A stretch of 53,672 bases of DNA, the filler included, from Jimgerdemannia flammicorona (taxonomy: Eukaryota): NCBI GenBank assembly GCA_003990765.1. It is 2 parts of 2 records of this genome, joined end to end, with 100 filler letters (N's around TTAATTAATTAA, not from the genome) between each part and the next. Parts side by side here need not be neighbours in the genome. Positions count along the whole stretch, not along the records: positions 1 to 26,798 come from RBNJ01000694.1; 1 more part is not named here. One strand, written 5' to 3'. A program made the position numbers and the translations under genes. The notes beneath the pieces are model-generated. The model did no database searches, was not told where the DNA came from, and saw only the letters and a list, made by a program, of their open reading frames with translations. Of this stretch, positions 1-12,543 are shown in pieces (positions within the stretch are counted from its first letter, which is position 1; each line of letters begins with the position of its first letter).

Positions 1-167
1 GCAAAGAGATAGCAAAGGAACTAGTAAGCCTGCGGGCAGATACACTTCGAACTCACCCACCCTCCCCTGCAACTTCAAGAAGACTCTGCGAGAGTCAGAA
101 CAGTCAAGTTTTCAAGATACAGAAATCCGACGTACTTTCAAGAGTAAGCGTCCGCTACATCACAACA
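1..167. mobile_element. Probable end of a younger LTR, interrupting the protease of element E
   Basis: Ends ...CATCACAACA, keeps several CpGs unlike the flank, and the minus-strand protease reading of element E stops at this junction. Confidence 0.45.
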
Positions 168-3100
168 GATAAGTATACTATGTCTAGGTCTACTTTCTCT
201 TTATAGTTTCCTATCTATAGTATTAAACCTTTAGCAATCTGAGATAATATCTAAGTTTTACTATTTGCAAATTGTACTATTCATTTATTATCAGATATAG
301 TAAGAATTTTAGCCTGTTTTACTAAATTTTAGTTAATAAAATTTCTAGAGGCTTCTGTATTAAAGAGGACCTTTATATCTTGTTCTTTAACTTGAGCTGA
401 TATTTCAATAAGTTCTTCATTATTAATTATAGAAATAATTCTTGTACTGGATTTTACTCCTTTTTCTCAGTCTAGATATTAGCTAGCTTAGTAGCTCTTC
501 TTTGACTAAGTTTACTTAAATATGAGTAACAGTTATTGAGCATTTCTGTATAATATATCTGTATACCATGAGGATATCTTCTATATAATATATACTCATC
601 TTTTAGTTGGAAGTACCATTTTTCTTCTTTGGTAGATTTTATTTCTTAAATAGTAGCTATTGTCTTAGGCTTCTCTTTAGTATTCTAAAGTAGTTCTGAG
701 GATCCAAATCCTTTAGTTTCTCTTTCTAATAGTGGGAATGTTTTGACTTGAGTTGTGAGATTATTTTTTATAATCTACAATCAGTTTTACTACTTTTTAT
801 TTTAGTAGAATAGTATATTGTTCTTTTCTAAGATTTCTCAAGATAACTTTAATTTTGTATTCTTTATCAATAACTCCTCCTCCTCTTATTGAGAGATTAT
901 AATCTTTTGCTAATCTACTTTATTCTACTATCTTAGTATAAATACCTTGAGATATTTGTACAGCAATACCAGTTCTTATTATTTGAGATTTTTTTGATAG
1001 TATTGTCTATAAGATAGTATTATAGAGATCATATTATACATATGTTAAATAAGCCTTAGTAGGAATAATTACTTTATAATAAAGCTTTTTAAATCTAATA
1101 ACTTTTTCTGTATCAGGAATTGTATCAATAATTGAGATAGTTGAAGATCTTGAAGGAATGTTTTTATTTTTCTCTAGATAGATATTAGATATATATTCTA
1201 TCTTCTTATAATAAAGCATTTGTCTTCTTTTCTAAGTTTGTATCTTTCTTCTAGAGAAAGTTTTTGAAAAGTAAACTTAAATATTGGAGTTTTTCTGTTT
1301 CAATTTCTTTTCCTAGAGTCTTAATAGAATTTACTTGAAGTTTACACAGAGTTTCTTATATTATTCTGTTTTCTAGGTTTAGTCATAGTAGCAGATACTG
1401 CTAAAACCATTCTTACTCTAGATACTGCTTGTTAAAAGCACTATTGATCATGAGGACAGTCTGTAGGGATTCTCATTTTCTTAACTCTTCTGGTCAACTA
1501 TGGAGAAATACTTTAGAAAAAATAATTTGCTCTGATTTTATTAGAAATATTATTATTAGAATTATAAGAATGTCCTAATATATTCAAGGATGCTTCTATT
1601 CTTGCAAAGACTTTTAGAGTTTCTTTACTATATTTATCTCATTTTATGACTTCTAGTTATCTTTTTATATTTATAAGAAGTGAGGAACTTAAGAAATTTT
1701 TTTTAGAAAATATTTAAGTTCTCTTGCTTCAGAGATATATAAATATTCTAGTTGGTCTCTTATAGTATCTTGTTCAGTTACTCCAATCCTATCTTCTCAA
1801 GTAAAGAGTTTAGGATTTAAGTTGTGATATCAGAGAGCAGCTGAATCTCAAAAATATATAGCTACTTTGATAGTTTGAGCTTGGGCTTTTGCAAAGACAT
1901 CTTCTATAATATATAATATATTCTTTACTAAAATAGAGTCTGGGTTTCTTTGATCATTCCAACTGTTGTACTTATATCTATACTTATAAATTCTGATAGA
2001 TCTGTAGATATTTCTCCAAAAGTGAGGATTGATAGAATCTTAGTTGATTGATTCATAATTACTATTTGTTCTACTAGATCAGCTAATACTACTAGTTGTC
2101 TTGTTAATATATCAATAACTATTGTTGAGATTACTAAGTCAAAGTTTTATCTAAGTCTTTAGATCTTTCTTTAAAAAGTTTTCAAGATCTTCTTCTTCTA
2201 AGGGGTCTATTACTTATTCTTCTCTTTAGATAATATATCTGATAGTCTTTCTGTTTCAGAAAGATTTTCTACTAATAGTTCAGATTCAGAATCTGAATAT
2301 CTATCTTTTGATTCAAGTTCTGATTCTGAGTAAGGAATAGGTACTGAGTGTGAAGATATATAAAGTCCTGAGACAAAAGTCTTAAGTAATTCTCTAGCTT
2401 CTAATAAATTTGCACTAGGTTCTAGACTTATTAATTCTGGAGGTTGTTTTTCTACTAGTATTTATTGTCTAGTAGATAAATATTCTATTTGATCTCTTTC
2501 TGAACTAAGTACAGAAGAGGTGTCTAGTTCTTATTGAGTATCAAAATAGATTATTTGTCCTTTTTGTAGGATTTCTTAAGTAGTTATCTCAAAAGTTTCT
2601 AGACTTTATAATTCTTGTATAAAGTTGGTCTTATAACTTAAATATTTGAAGTTAAGATAGCTCTTCTTTTTAGTAGAGTGATAGTCAGGTTTAATAGAGA
2701 TTAATTTAAGAAATTATTCTATTGCTTAAGCAACTGATTCAGATGTTCCTACTCTATATATATATTATTTTAAAAGTCTGTAAAACTTTATCTGAAGGTT
2801 CTTATCTCTTCTTAATACTAGATATAGTTCACAGAGTTCTAAATATAAATTTTGAGCAAAATATTCAGCAAGTTCTTATCACTGTTCTTTATATTGATTT
2901 TTCTAGTTAATAATAGTCTTTATATTCTATTTTCCTCTTGTTTGAGGGTTCAGAGTACCTTAGTCACTTCTTAAAAAATATGTTCAGTGATAGCTTATAG
3001 ACTGTTTAACAATCATTTATTTATCTTATACCAGATTGGCTTGTAGATTTCACTGCTACTAATTATAACAGTATATCTTCACTATTCTAATGATTATACT

Positions 3101-4190
3101 CTTTAAGTTAATAATTCTTATTATTAATAACTTAAAGGCACTTATATCAGATATCTTTAGCTTGAGGAAGTAGCTATCTTAATGTCTAAGTACTGTCTAT
3201 TGTACTTCTAATTGATCTAGTCTCCTTCTGATAGACTTAGATAATAATTTATTAATTATAGACTTTAATTCTTTAAAGTCTAAGTCTTTTAGTATATTCT
3301 TTAGATATAGTCTGATTTTGAGAATTATATTTAGATTCTTCAAGGTTCAAGTATTTATAGAGTTCAGAACATCTAATTTTAGATATAGTTTTTTTATTGA
3401 GAATTATTCTGAGACTTATCTATATATTATAGACTAAAGTCTTAATTATTCTTTTATTTAATATTCTGTAAAATCTGAGAGTTCTTGAGTCATTTCTCTA
3501 GGGGTATTTATACATTTTGAAGATATCTTAATATTGACTAACTATTGGCTAAAAAATATAAGACAGAAGATCACTAAAAATAATATAAAAGTTATACTAT
3601 AATAGTATTAGTATAAAGTCATAATGATGCTCTTTAATGATATTATTTTTACATATGAACTATAAAGTAATTGTTCTAGATTTTGACTGAAACTTATGAT
3701 ATAGTATTTTATTATATCATATAGTAGCAATAGACTTCTGTATAAAGAGTTAAAGACTTCTTATTTACCTCTATACTAGATGAGAAATAGGTTAGCTCTT
3801 CTGAGCTAGCTTCTGATCTTATAGTTTCAGATGATGTAAAAGATCAGTCAGAGACTAGTCTGATTGGAAAGAACAGAGTAGCCAGATAGCCAGGTACTGA
3901 TAGGGATAGAGACTTATGTAATTAGTCCTTAAAAGAGATTAATAATAGAGTTAAATATCTTATTCTTATAAGGTCAAACATCATTATTATAGTAGTCTTG
4001 AAGGTTAAAATCATTTGTAAGATCTAACTCTACTTATGTAGTATGGATTTCATTAAAGCTACCAATTTTAGCAGGAGCTATCCTTTGTATATCACTAATG
4101 GCAAAGAATATTTCTCTGAACAATTAGTAGATATAGAGTAAAATATACTGTCTAAATAGAGATATTATATTTATTTAGTATTTCTGAAGT
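168..4190 (-). mobile_element. Element E: heavily mutated Ty3/gypsy LTR retrotransposon remnant (5' LTR, gag, dUTPase, CPHG module, protease)
   Basis: Minus strand gives dUTPase motifs (IPTKAY, GGGVIDKEY, ERETKGFGSS at ~690-1105), WYFQLKDEY..RYPHG (~520-622) and a decayed protease VLFNTEASRNFI (from DTGASGNFI, ~335-400); TATAAATACCCC on minus at ~3501-3512. Confidence 0.75.
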
Positions 4191-4984
4191 TGTAATAGAA
4201 TGAATGAATGAGTGAACAGATGGGATACAATAAGCAATCATGAATGATCATGTGACCTGGCGAGTGATGATGTCATCATATGAACAAAGTATAACATATG
4301 AATTATGAATGATGAATGATATGAAACAATGTGGAAAACAATATCCAGCTTATCCCCCACAATTGGTGCTGCAGCAACAGTTGCCACAGCTGCTGATTAT
4401 TGTCTAGTAATTAAGATCCTGATCACAAAGTTATTCTTTACCAAAAACCACCTGATAAAGGTCGCAATCACAAACCTCATTATAGTTACCAAATTAGTCA
4501 CTCATACTTAGTCAGAAATTATGGACCAACTTGTATAAATACCCCCCAGTTTCCATCCGAAATAAAGTAGTTTTAGTTCAGTCCTTAATACAAGAATCAA
4601 GTCCCCCCCCCCACACACACATTCCCCTAAGTCTTAGTAATGACATCTAAGTGACTCTAGTGTTTCTAACTAAACTCCAGAAGCCTAGCTAACTTCTGCC
4701 AGAACTGAGACTAGTATATAAATCCCCAAAGACTTAAGTAAACCCATTGAACCTGAATTCCAAGGCAAATTCAGTCTGTGTATAGCAAAGAACAAGATCC
4801 TCAAAATAGGGCATATGAGAAAGACCTTTGAAACAGAAGACACTACCACTATAACTACTTATAAGCAAGCACTTCCTCAAACTAAAGGCTTCTTGGTACA
4901 CATTGTGTACTAAGTTCCTAAGTAATAGTCCACTTCCCTAATTATCTAAAGGATAAGAGAGGGGTAGAAGTGAGAGTTATTACA
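4191..4984 (+). repeat. 5' LTR of element A
   Basis: TGTAATA start, TATTACA end, direct repeat of 12544-13355 and 23504-24307, internal TATAAATACCCC. Confidence 0.95.
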
Positions 4985-4987
4985 ACT

Positions 4988-4999
4988 TGGTAGCAGTGG
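4988..4999 (+). promoter_or_regulatory. Primer-binding site of element A (initiator tRNA-Met-like)
   Basis: TGGTAGCAGTGG 3 nt after the LTR; same sequence in element B; resembles the complement of a tRNAi-Met 3' end. Confidence 0.8.
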
Positions 5000-5085
5000 A
5001 TTACCAGCCAAGAAGGCACTAAAGAATACACTCCTGAAGTTGGAACAAGACTAACCTTGGACAGGAGTAACCCCCAGAATTAACT

Positions 5086-6900
5086 GTGGATCCTCAAACC
5101 AGAGCCAGGGAAGCCCTTGCCATTAGGACCAGGTGGTACCAAGAAACTACAGACACAGAGACCCACCAGCTTGTAATTGACCAGGCTTACAAGGATCTAT
5201 ACCAGGCCTTTAGGACATACCACCCAGGACTTAGGAACATTGTTAGCCACCATAGATTCTACAAACTCCTCTGAGGATATATTGGAATCACTAGGACCCC
5301 AGAATCTACTGCTGCAGCCACTCAGGATTTTTTAGATTATATCACACCCCCTGCTGCAAGAGAAGTAGCTGCCGAGTGGATTACCTCTCATCATATCCCT
5401 ACCAAGACCTCCCTCTACTACAGGCTAGTTGTATACTATGCCTCTGCCATAACCAGGTATGAGAACGAGCAAGCAGGCCAATCATCCCCTACTGCTGAAT
5501 AAGGAGCAGGCCCATCTACTCAGCCAGAGACTGACATCCTCTTTGAAGGACCTAGTTAGTATGAGGATGCACTATCTCATCAGAGAAGGGAGTCAGATGA
5601 AGACTCTATAGGTTACTAGTCTGACAATAGCCAACGAGGAACAGCAGGCCTAGGAATTTACCAAGGAACCATAGGTCAAGAAGAACAGACCCCAGAACCA
5701 ACCCAGCCACCTATACAGAGGTTTGGTTTACCCTCTCTCACAGGACTCTTTGACTTAATATCCAGGAATCAAGTAACCCCAAGTCATACAGCACTACAAC
5801 CCCATCAAGCAGAATAATCTTCAGAAGAATCTACCCCAACAGGCCCACCACCAATAGTCAATACAATGGTAGATACCAATATTACAGCACTGACTACCCA
5901 GCTAGCAGTACTAGCAGGGATAGTAGGACAGATTGCTGAATAGAACAAACCAACCAAGACCTTGCAAATTCCAACATTCAGTGGAAAAAACAGCAACATT
6001 GAAAACTTCATCAATGCAGTTGATACAGACTATCAAGCAAACCAATGGAATGATAACCAAGTACCTATAGGAATGCTCACCAATAACCAGAACAGTACCC
6101 TCCAACAGCTATTTGCCACATCAGCAGCACAAGTAGAAACAGTAGCCACATTCTTCACAGGAACAGCAGCTGAATTCTGGTGAATCTTGAAACAACACCC
6201 AGTAACCTGGGAAGCCCACCCCCAAGTCAATGGACAAGTACCTGCCAACAATAGACCAGGTTGGAATGACCATGAAGCAGGCCCAGGACTCAAGGCCTTG
6301 CTACTGACCAAATTCCGAAATGCAGCCTACATACAAGAAACATGGAACAAACTGTCTCAAAAGAAGTTCCATAAGAATGGTGAAGAAGATCTAGAGACCT
6401 TTGCTACCAGAATAGATGCCTACCTTAAAACTGTTGGACTTACCTATCAGGAAAACAATTTGGCCATCAATGGTACCAGAGCCAACCATCTGTTTGCAGT
6501 CTTACCAGACTGGCTCACCCAGAAGATCAAGGAACAAGGTCTTCCCCAAGGATATCCCCACTACTCATAGTGCTTTGCCTAAGTACAAAGAAGAGCACAC
6601 AAAATCCTCACTGCACAAACTCCACGAAATCAAGAACACAAGAAGGATAACCAAGATAGAAGAAATCCTACTAGGAAAAATGATCAAAGGAATGACCAAA
6701 GATATGATCAAAGGAATGATCAAAGGAACCAGTGAAATCCTAGAGGACCCAGACCTCCCACCAAGGATAAAAAGAAGCAGCTCCATGAAAAAAGATTGTG
6801 CTTTATCTGCAAGAAGGCAGGACACATCTCATTCAGATACCCTGAGAAGAAGAACAGAACAGGCGAACCCAGTAACCAGAACATTACTATTATTAGAGAA
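5086..6900 (+). pseudogene. gag: Gag of element A with a long N-terminal extension and zinc knuckle
   Basis: IPTFSG motif (5962+), capsid-like region homologous to element B Gag, decayed knuckle CFICKKAGHISFRY at ~6800-6840; stops and a frameshift. Confidence 0.8.
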
Positions 6901-6924
6901 GGTTCAGGAAAGAAAACCCCTGAG

Positions 6925-7343
6925 AATGTCATCAAAGTACAGAAGATATAATACAAGGCTACTATCCCCACTAAGGCCCACTCAACTGATGCTGGATATG
7001 ACCTCTACAGCAGTCAAGACCTCACTATTCCACCAAGTACCAATGCTACAGTGTGAACAGGGATTGCAATATAAGCTCCTAAAGGTACATACATCTGTCT
7101 TGCTGAGTGAAGCAGCCTAGCCAAAGAGTTCAACATTGGGCTAGGAGGAGGAGTAGTTGACCAAGGATTTACTGGTGAAATCCATGTCATCTTGCAAAAT
7201 TTTGGAGACATATCATTTGAAGTCAAAACAGGCCAAAGGATTGCCCAAGCAATCATTGAAGAAATCTGTCAAGATCTCACTATTGAAGAAGTCCCCGAAC
7301 TCTCCCAGACAGACTGTGGCAAGAAAGGGTTTGAATCTACCAA
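6925..7343 (+). pseudogene. dut: dUTPase domain of element A (between nucleocapsid and protease)
   Basis: Motifs AGYDL, (R)SSLA, GVVDQGFTGEI, GQRIAQ and CGKKGFEST (decayed RGxxGFGST). Confidence 0.9.
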
Positions 7344-7659
7344 CAAACCCCCTAGTCAAAAGGTCACTACCATGAAGGAAGATGATGAAAACTGGTACAA
7401 GAGAATTGCAGATAGTTATGCACTATGTAGAGGATGTCCTCATTCTATTTGAATGTACTGCATGGAACATATTGGTGAATGCCATGCATACCTCTCCAAA
7501 GTTTTCAAAATTCAATCTGAGAAGCATCAAGCCCAACAGACTGAGGAACCCAAACAAGACAACCCTCCTTGTGAAGGATGGAGAGAAACTGACTTTGAGG
7601 AGACTGACAGCAATTGGGACAACAATGAAGATGAAGAGCTCAATACCATCAAGAAGGAG

Positions 7660-10600
7660 GATAGTTGCATCAAGTTCACAGGTCAAGTCCACAGACAGAA
7701 TGTCAATGTCTTGCTTGATAGTGGTGCTACTAGAAACTACATTAGCACCAAGACTGCCAAGAGGATTGGAGCCTGAAGCAGACCAACTATTGAGAAAAGA
7801 AGTGTTACCTTTGGTGATGGAAAAACTGCACCATTGACCAAGATCTGTGAAGATCTTTTGCTCAAGATTGGCAAATATCAAGAGAAGTTTGACTTCAGTA
7901 TTGTAGACCTCCCAGGACAAGATATTATCTTAGGAAAAGCCTGGTTGACCCAGTACAACCCAGACATCAACTGGAGAACCAATGAGGTTAACCTGATCCA
8001 CAAAGGCAGAAAGATCACCCTGACACCCCAGGAAGGTACCAACCACCAAGGAATCAAAATCATCTCTACCATTCAAATGAAGAGACTCTCTCAAAAAGGG
8101 AAACACCTACTTCATCTGTATAGTACAAGAAGTCACTGAAGCTACAAGTAGCCCAATCCCAATAGAAGCTCAAGAACTGTTCAAAGAATTCCAAGATATA
8201 TTCCAAGACCCCCAAGGACTTCCACTCAAGTACCAAATCCAACATGGAATTGACCTTATTCCAGGATCTGAACCCCCATACAAGAGTATCTACCAACTGG
8301 CCCAATCTGAGCTCAAGACCCTCAAGGATGAATTGACCAAACTACTGGCCCAAGAATACATTGAACCCAGCTGCTCTCTATTTGGAACCCCCATTCTATT
8401 TGTCAAGAAGAAGGATGGCTCTCTGCGAATGTGTATTGACTATAGAGCCCTCAACAAGATCACTATCAAGAACCAGTATGCCTTGCCCAGAATTGATGAG
8501 TTGCTATACCAAATCTTCAAGGCCAAGACCTTTTCTCTACTGGATTTGTGAAATGGCTACCACCAGATTCTCATTGATGAGAAGGACATTGAGAAGACAG
8601 CTTTCTGAACATGGTTTGGACACTACTAGTTCCGAGTCATGCCTTTTGGATTGACCAATGCACCAGCAACATTCCAGTATCTGATGAATGACATCTTTGG
8701 ACCACTCCTCAACATCAGTGTCCTTGTGTATATTGATGATATACTAATCTACAGCGAGACAGTAGAGCTACACTACACCCATCTCAGACAAGTACTGACC
8801 CTCCTGTGAGAATACCAGCTCTATACCAAGATGAGCAAATGCAAGTTCTACCAAGACCAGATTGAATATCTAGGACACATCATCTCTGCTGAAGGTATCA
8901 ATGTGGACCCCTGAAAGGTATCAGCCCTTAAGAATATCCCTATCCCTACTACACTCAAGCTACTCCAGCACTTTCTAGATATTACCAGTTATTACCGAAG
9001 ATTTATTCAAGGATACTCTGCTATTGCAGCTCTATTAATCATTCTGGCCCGCAAAGGAGTAAACATCAAAGCTGAATAGACCCCCGAATGCACTCTGGCT
9101 ATGGACCATCTCAAGAGACTCCTTACCAAGGCCTCAGTGCTAATTGTACCTGACCCTACCAGACCATTCACTCTGACCACAGATGCCTCTGACATTGCTA
9201 TTGGAGCAGTACTCAGTCAAGAAGACCACCCAGTGGCCTACCTTTCCCAAAAGCTCAAGCCAGCTGAGACCCAGTATACCACTTATGAGAAGGAACTCCT
9301 GGCTATTGTCACTGCACTCCAGGAATGGCACCATTTCCTCCTAGGACAGCCATTTGTAGCCTACACTGATCACTATGCACTGCGGTATATTCACACACAG
9401 CCTATGCTGACCCACAGACAAGCCCGCTGGATGGAAATAATTGCCAACTTTGATATGGAAATCAAGTATATCCCAGGCAAAACCAACTGTATGGCTGATG
9501 GTTTCTCCAGGTATATGGAAGATGAACTTGTCATCATGGTCGAAGTAATTGGTGACCTTACCCAAATGATCAAGGATGGCTATCAGCAAGACAGCCCTCT
9601 GATGAATTTCCTTCAATTCTGCTAAGACCCAGAGGCCAAGATTTCAGAACCCATGAGGCAAATGGCCAAGAGATTCACCTACTGTGATGGACTTATCTAC
9701 AGGGACTATGACAGAGTGGTTGTACCCAACAATAATACTCTACGACTCAAGATCATGCAGGAACTCCATGATACTCCTGCAGCAGGACACTTTGGTTTCA
9801 AAAAGACCTACAACCTCCTCTCAAGAGAGTCCTATTGGCTAAAGATGACCAAGGATATCAAAGACTTTGTGGTCTTATGTGAGATGTATCAAAGGTTCAA
9901 AAGTGGTAACAAGCTACCAGCAGGACTCCTGCAACCTTTGCCTATCCTGAGTCACAATTGGGACCAGATTGCAATGAACTTCATTGTCCAACTCCCCAAG
10001 ACCAAGGCAGGATGGGATGCCATCATGGTATTTGTGGACCGCCTAAGTAAACAAGCCCATTTTGTACCCACCAAGACCACTGCTATAGCACCAGAGATTG
10101 CAGAGATTTTCCTCAATCAAGTATTCAGGCTACATGGCATACCTAGCACCCTTGTATCTGACTGAGATGCTAAGTTCACAAGCAACTTCTAGAAGGCATT
10201 TTTCTCCCTCTATGGAATCAAGCTAAAGTTCTCTACTGCCTACCACCCTCAGACTGACAGTCAAACTGAGCGAACCAACAGGACTCTCAAACAGATGCTT
10301 AGTATCTTCTGCTGTTACAAGCAAAATGATTGGGACAAGTACCTAGCCCATGCTGAGTTTGCCTACAACAACAGTTAGCAAACCTCTACAAAGAAGACTC
10401 CATTCTTCCTGAACCATGGTCAACACCCAAGGACCCCAAGTACTACTGTGAAATCAGCAGTCCCAGCAGTCCAAGATCTGGCCGAGACCATTTCTGACCT
10501 TACACCAATGACAAGAGATGCTCTCATAGAAGTACAAGACTACCAGACCAAGTACGTGAACTTGCAGTGAAGAGAAACCTTCTACAATATTGGTGATATG

Positions 10601-11056
10601 GTCATGCTTAGAACAGACCACCTCCACCCAGACACCCTGGCATAACAACCAGCCAAGAAACTCTGTGCTAGAAGAATTAGACCATACAAGATCATAGAAA
10701 AAATCAGTGAAGTCAACTACAAGTTGCAACTGCCTCATAATATCCGAGTACACCCAGTATTCCATATCAGTCAATTGATGGACTACCATGAGAACTCATT
10801 TCCTGAGCATACAGTTCCACCACCACCCCCAATTAGGATCAATGATTATGAGGAATTCGAAATTGAGGAAGTACTTGACCACAAGGTCTGCAAATATCCC
10901 AAAACAGTCAAGCACTTTTTCCTGATCAAGTGGAAGGGTTACCCCACCCATGATGCCATCTGGAAAAAAGAAGAAGCCCTGAAGAATGCATGTGAAGTCC
11001 TCCAGGACTACATGGAAACACTCACCCTCCAGCAAAGGAAGGAACTACAGCTCTAA
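7660..11056 (+). pseudogene. pol: Pol of element A: aspartic protease, RT, RNase H, integrase, chromodomain
   Basis: LLDSGA protease; [16 protein letters not shown] and YIDDILI RT; TDASDIAIGAVL RNase H; HDTPAAGHFG integrase; EFEIEEVLDH..FLIKWKGYPTHDAIW chromodomain. Confidence 0.95.
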
Positions 11057-11704
11057 GCATAGGAGCACATAGCGAGCAGATAGATACTACATATTTTTAT
11101 TTGGAAACATATAAATACCAAACATTGCAAAAAAAAGAAACACTATGGATAACCAACAAGAAGATACCTGAGCAAAAGAACAATCTAGTACAGTATAGTA
11201 AAATGCATTTGAACAACTCCATTTCACGCCATCTGTATCATCTCCACTGGATGATGACAGATGCTTCATGTGAAACTTAGGAAAGCCGACAATGTCGAAA
11301 CCAGTCTAAGTCCATCTATGTGATAGATATTATTACTAGGAATTGCCTCAGATTACAAGAAAGTCTATTTCTGAGAGGTTCGAAACCCCAGCCATGACAA
11401 TGGGAGCCCTCGCCCTAGACAAGGATGGCCAGTCCTTGCAAATGTGCCAACCAGACAAAAAAAAAATTGGACCAAGACCTGTTAACCCTGTGTAACTACA
11501 ATTATAAGTGATGATATCTTTGAAATCAGGATTTTCTCATATGACTAACACATGCCCTGCTTACAGCAACAGGTCATGCCTTTTGCCAGAAAGTGTGATC
11601 AAAGGAAGGTCATATCAGACAGGTGAATAAGTATAAATACCCAAGGCAAGAATACCCTGCAACTCTTATCTCCTCTCTCCTCACAAAGAAAAGACAAGAC
11701 AAGA

Positions 11705-12532
11705 ATGCCTGCTACCTGCCACCAAACTGCCCACCATAGCCAGCCCCTCCTAAGCCAGGTTAACCGCCTCTTTGGACACATCTAGGTTGCTATTCAAGGA
11801 AGGAACTGCTGCTCAGAGGCCCTTAACCTCTCTAGCCAGGGCCTAGGACACTATGTCCTCAACCACTGTGAAGTCATCGAAAGAGCCTACCTTGCCATCA
11901 GCCGTCTAGAGATTTGGCACGAATATGAGATTGGCCATCAACTCCTCCAATGGGCAAAGGACCTGCCCATGGACTAAGTCTCTGACTGGACTCACCTAGA
12001 TAGGCATGAGCAAAGACTTGCCAAGAAGGTCCACCAAATTATATGCCATGTACCCTTTGCAATCCCCAACCTCAACTATGTCCAACTGAAGGACTTCCAG
12101 AACCTCTCCTTCTTCGAGGTTGATGAACTAGAGATCAAGGTAGCCCAAGAAGTCAACTCCTGGATCACTCTCAAGTCTACTGACTGCAAACCCTACTGGA
12201 GCCCCCTCCTGAATGACAATCCTGACCAATGGCTCCAAGGCCTCTCTGACCTCTTCGAAGAACCACCTATCCGAATGGATATTCCCAGGCATAAAGATCA
12301 AGAGCCCTACTTGGATGGCCCCAACTGCATCAGATGGAGAACCCCTACACCAGCACCTATCCCAATGCAAGAACCATTTGCAGACCTCATTGACTTCTCT
12401 ATCCTGGACAGTGAGCCACCAGTAACTACCCCCCCTGCCCCTGAAGAAGATAGTAACAACCCTGAGGAGGATTCCCCACCTTTCTCTCCCCTGGTTCTCA
12501 ATTTCTCAATTAATGAGGACGTTGATTTCTAA
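11705..12532 (+). pseudogene. Accessory ORF of unknown function in element A (~275 codons), between pol and PPT
   Basis: ATG 11705 is in frame with TAA 12532; two internal stops read CAG in the copy at 22667; TATAAATACCC at ~11632; homologous to the LTR ORF of family C. Confidence 0.8.
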
Positions 12533-12543
12533 GGGAGGAAGGA
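12531..12543 (+). promoter_or_regulatory. Polypurine tract of element A
   Basis: AAGGGAGGAAGGA directly before the 3' LTR, overlapping the accessory ORF stop codon. Confidence 0.9.

Noticed and set aside
7423..7920. Long antisense ORFs over pol (also 38465-38983 and 36722-37231)
   Set aside because: Shadow frames of retrotransposon coding sequence with no motifs
8100..8140. Programmed frameshift between protease and RT in element A
   Set aside because: Cannot be separated from a decay indel in a copy with many lesions
11705..12532. Accessory ORF as an env gene
   Set aside because: No signal peptide, furin site or transmembrane anchor is visible; the C-terminus is acidic and Pro-rich
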